In this document: positions 1 through 12,109 of the stretch, piece by piece | How the letters are laid out: every line of letters begins with the position of its first letter | Numbering within the stretch: the stretch's first letter is position 1 | NCBI GenBank assembly: GCA_012295275.1 | Contig: CM022671.1 | Span: forward strand, 22,506,001 to 22,570,000 | Source of the DNA: Chrysomallon squamiferum | Lineage: Eukaryota; Animalia; Mollusca | Length of the DNA: 64,000 nt | Direction: 5' to 3' | The notes under the pieces: generated by a model | What the model was told of the DNA's origin: nothing | Databases searched by the model: none | What the model saw: the letters and a program-made list of their open reading frames with translations, nothing else | Program-made: the position numbers and the translations under genes

Positions 1-1086
1 TTGAGATAAGCGAATATGTCACATGCAAAGACGGGAAATAAGAAGCCTATCGGGTCCAATTAGAGACGGCGTACAGAGAACCTTTTATTGTCATCAGGCG
101 CATCGTAATTCAAGTGGCGGTTTCGTCGCTTTGACGACGTGAGCTAACTCGTGTCTTTGAACGGAGCCGGCCGAGATTCTCAGATCAAACGACTGTTAGG
201 AGGAATGCAGGAAGCTCAGCGCTAATGTCCGCAGCAAATGGCGATAAACAGATACATTGCTGCGTGAAATAACCTCATAAGGCCACACCCGAGTTACAAA
301 TTAAATTTTTGCCAGTCCGCGTAATGATAAGACAGAGAGCATTTAATGACTGCTGGCCTTTGATGTCGTTTGCTAGCTACGACGCCACGTGCGGTATTTT
401 TTTTTTTTTATGCGCGTGCGGAGCTCGATATGACCACGGAACGTCGCAAAGAAGACGAAGGAGAAAAAAAAAATGAAAAAAATAAAACATCAAAAATAGC
501 CTGTAATTAACAGAATCAGCGCGAGCCGGCGACCCAAGATCGTGGAAAATCCTCATTATAGATGTTTTAAGTTTCGCTTTACCTGTCATTTCAACTCAGG
601 TAGCGGATTAAGGCAAATCAGGCTTTCAGAAGACGCCATTTAGCCTCCGGGTTGGTATACGTATCTGGTTTTTTATTTTTTTATTTTTTATTTTTTATTT
701 TCTCCAGCCAGTAGAGAAAGAGAACCAGAGTTAGAGAAAACGATAATGATTTCTGTCAGGACAAGAAGGGCAAGAAAAAAAAGAAATGATTAACGTGTTT
801 TGTTGTAAACGTAGAAGAATCTATTGGTTTACGTCAAGCAAAGTGAAGAAACGTATGGGTGTTTTACACAGAACTCGAAATCACATGCCCTGCAGCGTTT
901 CGGATTGGGTTCTCTTAAAATCCATAGCGAGAGCGACTTGCAAGCGGGGTGGAGTCAAGGTGAAGGAGTAGATACAGAAACAAAATATATAAAAACACTA
1001 TTTCGTGTTAAGAGATAGAGAGTCAGAATGGTAGAAAAAGAAGACAGAGAAACATTCATATAGTGAGGAGAGAGTGAGGTGGGGGG

Positions 1087-1098
1087 GAGAGAGAGAGG

Positions 1099-1168
<70 letters not shown>
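1087..1168. repeat. (GA)n microsatellite
   Basis: Directly visible. Confidence 0.98.
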
Positions 1169-1171
<3 letters not shown>

Positions 1172-2176
1172 TACGTGTAGGAATAAATATTCCTGCCATA
1201 GGGCCGTATAATATAGTTGTTGAACTCGTGCAAATAAAGTGGTCGAACTAGAGCAAGCAGTCTGAATAAAATACTTGTTCTTACCTTTGTGTGTGAAAAC
1301 CACATAAATCAGACAGATCTGTAGGATGAAATATCGTATTAGTTATAAATATTTAAATCATTTCTTCATTAAAATACAATACAGTACTAGCATGTTTAGA
1401 TGGTGTATTTTAATGTGCTATGTAGTTATTTGATTAGATTTTTCTTTATAATAGAAATTATTCCATTTTAATTTTATCACTGAGGATGTCTGTGTGGCTA
1501 TAAGGGCGCCATTTTATTTGTGTTTGACAACAGCTGACAGCTTGTCACGACAAAAGACGACTACGCCAACGTAACCGAGACATGTCCATTTTCATAAATG
1601 ACCACAAAGGTCATTTTCAATGGTCAAGTTACTCCCCCATCGTGGCCTAACACGACCCCTACTTTGTGCCTAAAAGAGCAGGTCAAGGGGGGTCCGCATC
1701 GCATGTCGTCTCCAGTCAAGACGGGATTTACCTCCCCTGCAGTCCCGTGGACAAAGGCGTGAGTGCATTACAGAAATAAACAGCTTTCATATCGTGTTTC
1801 GCTAATGTGTTTGTTCAACTAAGCTTTTAGCTTCACCTGCTTCGCAAAAACCCTCTCGTCTCCGACGAAGTACGCGTTCTCGCCAGAAAACACAATGCGA
1901 CAAGTGACTGACAGCGACACCCCTCGCTGCTCGTGGCAGCCATTCGGGCATGTAAAAGGGGGGAGAACTCTAAGTGTGAGGGGAAGAGCGAGTATTTTTG
2001 ACGTGACCCCGAGTCGTGGTGATGCGGTGCGTTTTGCTCTATCTGCGTAGCATCTAAGTCTGGGAGATTCTTATCTTCGTGACATGTCTGAAAACACCTT
2101 CTTGTCAGATCAATGCATTGCACGTTGTTTGTGGCGCATTGGTGACGATTTTTCTCTCTTTCTTTTTCTTTTTCTT

Positions 2177-2221
<45 letters not shown>

Positions 2222-2343
2222 CAGTAAGGAAATAGACTTGAGTCTTGAAAGTCTGATTAACAAACTGCAAAATTAAGGAATGCCTGGGACATTTCAACAT
2301 AGATTTTTTTTAGGGTACAAATGTTTTCTAAATAACGATGACG

Positions 2344-2401
<58 letters not shown>

Positions 2402-2426
2402 TAATAATAATAATAATAACAATAAT
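2344..2426. repeat. (AAT)n microsatellite
   Basis: Directly visible. Confidence 0.97.
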
Positions 2427-3292
2427 ATAAAAACGTATTCAGAGTTAAAGTTGGATGTCACATATGGATCACCTTTTTGGGATAAGGGCCTAAATTAAAA
2501 ATAAAAATAAATTAATAAAATAAAATAATTGCAAATCGAACGTAATATCACCTTTAGGGAGAACAATACATGCATTCATTTATTCATTCGCTCGTTCGTT
2601 TGTTCATTCATTTAATTATTCTTTCTTTCAGTTTACTTATGACTTTATTCATTCACTCATTCGATCTTTTTTTCGTTTATTTATTGATTTATTTGTTTAT
2701 ATCTTCAACCATCAGTATACATAAGTCATGTTTACCTGTACTAGACCCACTGATTCACCCCCTCTTCATGTTAATCTGTGGAGAGCACTCTGAGTGGGTG
2801 TAATATTACAACACAGAATAAGCAGATCCGCACTCGGATGCCAACACTAAACCAAACGTTAATATTCCAGTTTTCGACAAGTTTTAATAGCTATAAAGTT
2901 TTGTCAAAGAAAGAGAAGGCCTGTCTGTCTTTTGATCCTTCAGATATGGGTATTTTTTCTTTCTACAAAGCGTTTTCGGCGCCGAAAGAGGTGACGTTAT
3001 TTTTTCCGTCGCCATATTGAATAGATTCGACGTAAATGTACAGCAGAAGTAGTGTGCGGAGAGATAGGGTTCCCTGTGGGCAAACACGGAAACTGAAAGT
3101 CGAACCTTTAACTAATGAAAGGATAAGCACACATGTTCAACAATTATTTCATGTTCGCATTTGACTTGAATAATAATGCCTCGACAAATGTGATATGTTC
3201 TGCCATAGCGATCGTGGAATGGTCGGGAAAGTGCGATTTGGTTGCTGATGTTTCAGCTAGAGTTAATAACATCCTTTCGTATCGAGTGACCT

Positions 3293-3400
<108 letters not shown>

Positions 3401-3578
3401 ATAGTTTGTCCATTACGCGTTCTTCAGGCAAAACCCAATGAACTACTGTTCATGTAAAATGAGTCAAATAATATGTATATATTACAATAATTAATATGTA
3501 AATATGTCACCTAACATACAAATACGTTATATATGTGGCTATATGTGTGTATATATGTATGTATATAGGTAGGTAAGA

Positions 3579-3579
<1 letters not shown>

Positions 3580-3632
<53 letters not shown>
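3580..3632. repeat. (GT)n microsatellite
   Basis: Directly visible. Confidence 0.97.
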
Positions 3633-3637
<5 letters not shown>

Positions 3638-4474
3638 TACATATATAATATTATGTTTGTGCATGCAAATATTATATACGTGTGTTTATGTATGTATTTA
3701 TCTGTTTATATACATGCACACATGTATGTATGTATTTATCTGTGTGTGTACGTATGTATGTATATTGTCAACGATTCTTTCAAAATTACCCCGAATATTT
3801 TATAATAATAATAATAACAAAACTACTCCATTCAGTTTTGAATAATTTAAAACTAAATATACCTGCACGAAGCTATATTTCAAATGATGTATGAACTTGA
3901 ACGTTCCACGCCTGTGTTTACGATAGAGATGTTCCCAAAACTTCATCCAGGCAGAAAATTCAGACACCTCATGCAGGGATGCGCGTGGCTTACAACAATT
4001 GCTGCAATTTTGCTGTACAAAACACCCCCCACGCCAAGACAATTTAGGAAAACTCGGCTTGTAAATAAAACACACCTACAGAGGAGATGGAGTCTAGGCA
4101 CCTCTTAACAATTTTCTGCCCAGTGGCCATGAAATAGAGGCAGATGTCCATATATTTTTTTTTTATATTTTAATTTATTTCGTTTTGATTTGATTTTATT
4201 TATTTTTGATTTTATTTTATTTATTGATTAATTTATTATAATTATTATTATATTTTATTTATTTTTTTATTATTATTTATTTTATTTTTGTCTTGTCTTT
4301 CTTTTTTTTTTTTTTTTTTCTTCTTATTTGTATTCTTATTCTTATTTATTTTTAAAATTGATTAGAATAATAACTTTATCAATTCCAAAGTTATATAAAC
4401 CGATTATTTGTTGATTTGAAAACATACGGACTTTAAAATATTTATTTTATTACACGTTTACTTTATCATACACG

Positions 4475-4523
<49 letters not shown>

Positions 4524-6157
4524 TTCACACGTATTTATCTACAAGCACTTTAACAAATACGTAATTCAACATAACTGATACGTTCGCGCTTTCCTGTTAT
4601 ACGCGCATTCCAGTATTCTTTCTCGCTTCTTTTCTAATTCATGGGGTGTTTTTTGTTTGTCGATTTTTGGTTTATTTATTTATTTATGTTTTGTTCTTTT
4701 AAACAAAAAAACCGTCTCACGGCACAGTCGACGACAACGTGGTGACGTGGTAAACAGCGGCGGGGAAAAACGGAGACGGGCGATGATACAGATCAAAGAA
4801 AACGACGGGAGCATTTCGTGCACGTGACGCGCTATGGGTAAAGTCTAAACGCCGGCGTGTTTACATCAACAATGTTATGTGGGAATCTAACGGTAATAGA
4901 ATATCGTTAGTGTGTCGCAACCGGTCTTGGCACGCATGGCCTCGATTCCGTCTGTCTGTCTGTCGCGCCCGTCAGTCAGCTATTGCCTAAATAGTATATT
5001 AGGAGCTTAGCGAGAGAATTGTGTAGGTTATTGTGTTGCCGGAGTTCCTTTTTTTTTCTTTCTTTTTTTTTTTTTTTTTTTTTTTTTTAGGGGGGGTAGG
5101 GATGTTTTGGTTTGGTTTGATTATTTATTTATTTATTTATTTATTTATTATATTTTTTTAACAATAATGATGATGATGATGATAATAAATAAATAAATAA
5201 ATTAAAAAATAATAAAAATGAGACAAGGGTTATCTATTTCAAGAAAGTAATATATATATATATATATAATTTTTTTTATTATTATTATTATTTATTTTAA
5301 TTTTTATTTATTTAATTTTATTTTAATTTTTTAAACTTTGTCATATGAAACGATGACTAAACTTCATCTTGTGTGTTTCAGGTAAAAGGATAAAAAAAAA
5401 AAAAAAAAAAAAATTTCTTCAACAAGACTGTAACATATTTTATATTAATTATTACCAGATGTGAAATGTATGATTTTCGTCATGCCGAAATCTCAAAAAA
5501 ATAATATTGAAAGAAAAAGAAAGAAACTGCTTACAGATTAATCGATAGTAATTCCTTTGTTGCTGAAAATAATACGAACCTAAAACACAAGAATCATATT
5601 CATAAATTCTACTGAAGCATGCAGACATCTAGATCTTACATTCAGCGTACTTAACTTACAATTTTAGAAAACTTTTTGTGCTGAATAATTAAATTGTTCT
5701 TAACCGTTAGTTTAATGACACCTTGACTCATTATAAAATTAAATGTTATTGAATATTCAATGTTAAAAAAAAAAAAAAAATTAAAAAAAAAAAAAGCTTT
5801 TTTATGTAATGATGAAAAGGCATTTGATGTTATAGCGATGGACATAATTTTCAAGATAAAATTAGTTTCATTATAAAGAATTTTAAAAAAAAATAATTAA
5901 AAAATACAAAAAAAAACATTATTGAACAGACAAACTTGTGAACACCATAAATCCATTACACAATTTTTCATTTTTGAATATCTGGTGGTTGTCTTGGTTG
6001 AAAGCGGCGAAAAAAACGGAGACGGGCGAATTAATATACATTAAATAGTTTGCTGATAATGACAAAAGGTTTGTCTTCCAGATGCTGTTAGTATATTTGA
6101 TATTGTTGTCTACTCGATACTAACAGATATTACGTTGTTTTACCTATCACATTTTTT

Positions 6158-6904
6158 ACTCAACATTACCAATGTCATATTGTTGTCTACCAGGTTTCTC
6201 ACTCAACATTACCAATGCCATACTGTTGTCTACCAGGTTTCTCAGTCAACATTACCGATGTCATATTGTTGTCTACCAGGTTTCTCACTCAACATTACCG
6301 ATGTCTTATTGTTGTCTACCAGGTTTCTCTCTCAACATTACCAATGACTTATTGCTGTCTACCAGGTTTATCACTCAACATTACCAGCGTCATATTGTTA
6401 TCTACCAGGTTTCTCACTCAAAATTACCAGCGTTATGTTGTTGTATACCAGGTTTCTCACTCAAAATTACCAGCGTTATGTTGTTGTATACCAGGTTTCT
6501 CACTCAACATTACCAATGTCATGTTGTTGTCTACCAGGTTTCTCACTCAACATTACCAGCTTCATATTGTTGTCTACCAGATTTCTCATTCAACATTACC
6601 AATGTCATATTGTTGTCTACCAGGTTTCTCATTCAACATTAACAATGTCATATTGTTGTCTACCAGGTTTCTCACTCAACATTAACAATGTCATATTGTT
6701 GTCTACCAGGTTTCTCACTCAACATTAACAATGTCATATTGTTGTCTACCAGGTTTCTCACTCAACATTACCAGCGTCATATTGTTGTCTACCAGGTTTC
6801 TCACTCAACATTACCAGCGTCATATTGTTGTCTACCAGGTTTCTCACTCAACATTACCAGCGTCATATTGTTGTCTATCAGGTTTCTCACTGAGCATTAC
6901 CAAT
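6158..6904. repeat. 43-bp minisatellite, ~17 head-to-tail copies
   Basis: Unit ACTCAACATTACCAATGTCATATTGTTGTCTACCAGGTTTCTC; no unique spacers; accounts for the six repetitive ORFs at 6135-7008. Confidence 0.97.
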
Positions 6905-7055
6905 TTTATATTTTTGTCTCTGACTCAGCGTCACCGAATGTTTCATTTATTTCAGAATGTTTCATAGCCATATCTCTTTACACAGATCCACACACAGGAC
7001 TCCAGTGAAATAATGAAACTCTTTGACTTACATTATGCATTCTCACGTAAAGACC

Positions 7056-7167
7056 GGGTCAGATTGCCGGTCGACATCAATGGACCAGGTCAACCTTTTG
7101 GTCACCATCAATGGCCGAGGTCGTTGGTTTAGGTCACCATCAATAGGAGAGGTCATTCGCTGGGTCA
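7056..7167 (+). promoter_or_regulatory. Periodic array of paired nuclear-receptor half-sites with CATCAAT motifs (candidate enhancer)
   Basis: NGGTCR hexamer pairs at 7056/7068, 7087/7099, 7118/7131, 7150/7162; CATCAAT follows the first three pairs. Confidence 0.45.
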
Positions 7168-7380
7168 GATTCGTGTCAAAGAAGATGTTTGGTAATCTCT
7201 GGATCTCTGTTTTGTGAAATAGCTCGAATTTTCGCCGCTACGTTTTTATCACCTTCAGTGTTTAAGTGTCAACATCTCACATTGGTGTTAAAGTTCTGTG
7301 ATCTCGGAACGTGCGAAATTAACACCATGTGAAAATTAGTTTGCTGTACCAGCCTCGAAAGGAATAGTGGTCAAAACACT

Positions 7381-7680
7381 GAACACTAGGCTTGATGATC
7401 TTGGGAATGAACACTAGGCTGGATGGATTTGGGATTGAATACTACCCCGGGATGGATTGGGAATGAACATTAGATTGGATGGATGTGGGATTCAACACTA
7501 GTTTGGGTGGGGACTAGCCTGGGGCAGCTTGAAATTGCACACGACTGGGTGGACATGGAATTGAACACTGTACTGGGTAGACTGGACCAAACATTAGGCT
7601 GGGAGGGGACACTGGACTGAACAATAAACTGGGACGACGTGGGATTGTACATCAGGCTGGATGGACTTACGACTGAACCT
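7381..7680. repeat. Degenerate ~28-bp tandem repeat, ~10 copies
   Basis: Recurring GAACACTAGGCTGGATGGA(N)TGGGA(A/T)T units. Confidence 0.8.
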
Positions 7681-8624
7681 CGAATCTGGCTTCTTGACAT
7701 CTGAAATGTTTTATTCTGTATCTTCTTTTATAAACTAGCAAATTACACTATATAGGCTAATGTTTCTCGATAGAGGAATAGATTCAAGGTTTCACGCCCT
7801 TCCCCTTATATATATATATGTATTTAATTAATGGAAGAAAAAAGTAACAACAAGAACAACAACAGCAGCAACAACAATAACAATATTATCAATAATCAAG
7901 TCTAGCGACTGGTTATTTTATGAACAGTCGAGCCTGGTGTGGGGTGAAATATGACAAATATGTTATGGTCGCTCTATAAAACACACAGACGCTGAGGGTG
8001 TGAATGCCTGTGTGGTCCCAGCCATAAAAGGCGGACCTTGTCCGTCAGATTCATTTACTTTGACGACTATGAAAAGGAATTAGTTAATCCTGGCAAAGAC
8101 TGAGTCTGGATATCTTACTGTGATGTCACCTTGAAGACAAACAAGTCAACTCGTATGGCGACAGAGTATACGATGTACTGAATCCTAATTTTTTTTTTTT
8201 TTTTTTTTTTTTTTAAAGGAAAATCATTACAGTAGTGAACATAGTTTAGTTTACGCAATGGCAGGTATAGAATATATATACTGTATATGCAAACAAATAT
8301 ACACTATATGTTATTTATTTATCTGCAAGCCCTTCAGAAACGGCATAACAGGTATATAATGAAAAAAAGATAAATGGGTGGAGATGTATAAGACAGATGA
8401 ATAAAATTTAAAAAAACAAACAGAAGATATGAAAATATATAAATACAAGTGAAATAAAAATATGTAAACACAAATGAAGTAAAAACAAAAAACTAAACTG
8501 AAAGATATTTGTGTTTATACATTTACTCGCTTTATTTGTCTACAATGGGAGCTGATGAGGACTTTTTATTTTATTTTATTTCATTTTTTTTTTTAAAATT
8601 CATTTGTTTGTTTATCTATTTATT

Positions 8625-8668
<44 letters not shown>

Positions 8669-8774
8669 AATGATTTTTTTAATTATTATTTTTCAAATAT
8701 GATTATTATTAAAAATAAACAATAAATAAATAAATAACAATATAAATAACATAATTACGGCGTAGTTGTTAGCA

Positions 8775-8845
8775 CTGCTATTTGAACCCGGTGACTGTCA
8801 GTCTGTGGGTACTGGCACATGGCTTAACCGCAGCGCCTCGAAGGC
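8775..8845 (-). mobile_element. tRNA-derived SINE head fragment (pol III A and B boxes)
   Basis: Minus strand reads GCCTTCG-AGGCGCTGCGGTTAAGCC (A box-like) ... CACCGGGTTCAAATAGC (B box-like); no complete cloverleaf. Confidence 0.5.
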
Positions 8846-9553
8846 TGTGCTAGTGATATACACACACCTACTTTAATAACAGTATTTCAGTGAACGGCGC
8901 TTGATTTCTAATCTACCTTGTTACTTTATTCTTTTTTTTATTTCAGACTGGGAGACTGGCGAGGGCGTGAACACGTGTGTGGTCTCCGTGATGATGTGTG
9001 GACGCCGTACACGACGTCACATTCAATTAGTGTTAGAACGACGATGTCATGTAACTAAAATCCTCGATAGCGAACTGCTTTCTTTTAGTATAAGTGTGTT
9101 ATAAGATGAAGAAAAAAAATACATGTATATTATTATTTTTGAAGAAATATAGTAAATCTGTTATTTTTCATTGTCTGTTGATTGAAATCTTAGTTCACTG
9201 AGGATGACGAAAGATAAGAAGTAGATGATAAATAATACCGATGATTGTGAAGATGATAATAATTATAATGACAACGCTGATGATGATGGTGATGATGATG
9301 ATAAAAATAACTATTGTAATCGTGATGAAAAAGTATGCCATATGATGATAATGATAGAAATAATAATATTAATTTCAATGCAGTTGATGTTAATTTTAAA
9401 AGATTATAATATTATTATTAATTAAAATAATGACAACGACACTGATGAAGACATTACTGATAATGAAAAAAATATATATTAAAGATGATCAAGAGGAAAA
9501 AACGAAGACAAAATATACTTTAACTGATATACATATATATTATATATATATAA

Positions 9554-9589
<36 letters not shown>

Positions 9590-10514
9590 AAAATAAATAA
9601 ATAAAAAAACAAAACAAACAATGATACAGAATAAAGCGAGAGTCCACTAAAAACATTCTTGAGCGAGATTCATCCGACAACAAAACCGTTATCTATCTCT
9701 TTTCACTCCATTTTTCCTTCTCCATTTCCTTTCTTTCCTTTTTTTTTTTTTTTCTCTTTTTTTTTGTTAAATATAAATTTATCAGCTGGTTTGCTGTAGG
9801 ATTACAAGTTTATGGCCTTGTGTTCAGCGCCAATACCTGGTGGCTGGGAATACACGTTGACTGGGCTTTGATCTTACAGCCACGGCGGCGTCCTGCTTGG
9901 TCTAGGACCATCCCAGGCAGCAAGTCTCTTTCTTTTCAATCGTATTTATTCTTCGCCTGCACTGGGATCTGTTTCTCTGTGCTTGGCGTCATACAGTCAC
10001 CTGTTGTTAATGTGGTGTCATTTCTTTGATGTTTTCGTCACAAAACTCACACCTTTAGTAGTCTTTGCTTTAAAAAATTTAAAAAAAAAAAAAAAAAGAA
10101 GAATTTCTAACAATATCTATGATTTGTGGTATACGAAAAAAAAAAAATAATTATAAAAAATAAAAATAAAAATAATAAAAAAAAGTATAGGGCGGTATCG
10201 AAAAAACCCACACAGGTATAACAGCTATTGTTCCATTACCGTTGTACAATTCATTAACAAGTTGTTAAACAAACAGAAACGGGTGAATTAGCGAGCGGAA
10301 AGTTAAATGACTGAATTAGGGAGTGGTGGGTGTTTGAATGTGTTTTGTGTTTTTTTGTGTTTTTTTAATAGCGCCTTTTTTTTTTTTTTTTTTTTTTTGC
10401 ACTGAAATGAACGCGGTCTCTTTCTACCTGTTGTTTTCCACCTGTCTGATTAATATTATTGTCAAGGTGTTACCTGTCCACGTGAATAGGTTTAGTAATT
10501 GAGTGTCCCGGATG

Positions 10515-10547
<33 letters not shown>

Positions 10548-11702
10548 CTATTGTTCTGTACCTATCTACGTTTTATTATCTGTTGGGAAACTGTTTCACC
10601 TGTCTATGTCAATTGGTTTAGCAATCGGCTATTCTAGGTGTTTTTCCATTGTTATGTGTGATTATTTCGATTTTTTTTTTTTTTTTTTTGATCTTCTTTG
10701 TTGGAGAAGTTGTTTTGAACTTTTATTGAGAAAATGTATACATCTTATTAACCTGCCGTAAAGTATGTTTGTATTTAGCTGTTCTTTACTGAAAAGTTAA
10801 AATAATAAATAAATAAATAAATAAAAATAAAAATAGACGATACTTACGTATATATTATACAACTATTGAATAAACGGATTAATAACAGTTAAAAACTTTC
10901 TGTTATTAACTTCTGTACTAATATTATAATTTGGAATAAGCGCAGTAGGTGAATCGATGTGTCTTTGTGTGCTTCTTTCTTTATGTGTGTGTGTGCGTGC
11001 GTGCGTTTATGCGTTTAGATATAAGTAGGTGTGTGCGTATGTAATGATATATAACGATATATATACAATGCATTATTCTCTTGAATAAACAACAACATAA
11101 GACATATACTCCAACAAGCATAAATAATATTATTTATTATTCAGTTCTATTCTAAATGTAATGTATTTTATTTTTCACAAACAGACCATCGTGACCCGTT
11201 TTCTCATATTAAAAAAAAAAAAAAAAAAATACAATCTCTCTACGTTCGTGATTTATTACGTGTTTTTTCCCACGACCTTTTAGACCAAGATACATTTCAA
11301 TCGAATTGGTTTATGTCGTCTGTGTATCATTTTGAAGATTTACTGACAGCGAGAGCCTGTTTTCTCTTGTATTCAGGATCAAGAGACGTTGTCCGCATTT
11401 ACCGGAATAAGCCCTCAGGAAACACGCACAAGATATTCGCACGCGCAGCATTGGTCTCTGTTCAGTCTATTTTGTACTGATATACTGTCGACTGGCACGC
11501 AAGCCATTATCGGCTAACACAGAGAAGATTCTGAAAGAATAAGCTGTATGTGTCCGCTTTTGATAGTTTCCGCCAGAAAATAACAGTATTTTAGTTGTTT
11601 ATTAGAGTGAAATTACGATGTTTTCCCACCGTATTACTGTCTGTTCGATCAGACAATAAAATAGATGTCTTATCAGTGTTCCGTGAACATGTATCGGAGA
11701 TA

Positions 11703-11715
11703 CAGACAGACAGAC

Positions 11716-11782
<67 letters not shown>

Positions 11783-11785
11783 GAG
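11703..11785. repeat. (CAGA)n-(GA)n compound microsatellite
   Basis: Directly visible. Confidence 0.96.
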
Positions 11786-12053
11786 AATCTGAATGTATGA
11801 AGATAATTAGACAAATGTAATATTTTATCATACACTTTTCTATTGTATTTTCGTATGATTAAATAATGCGAACTGGACAGAAAAATAATATAATATACAC
11901 ATAATAATATGTACACTCGGATGTAAGTTCACAAATACACATGTTTTCATTCAGCATTACATTTGTAAGCTTGCATACATACACAAACGCAAGCGCCAAA
12001 ACGTTACTCTTAAATAAATACATTCAGACGCGAATGTATTGTGTCCCTGTGTG

Positions 12054-12109
<56 letters not shown>

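Noticed and set aside
6135-7008. Six overlapping 70-156 aa ORFs with repeating Cys/Tyr motifs; also a superficial CRISPR-like look
   Set aside because: They arise from a 43-bp (non-triplet) head-to-tail minisatellite with no unique spacers, no cas genes and a eukaryotic context.
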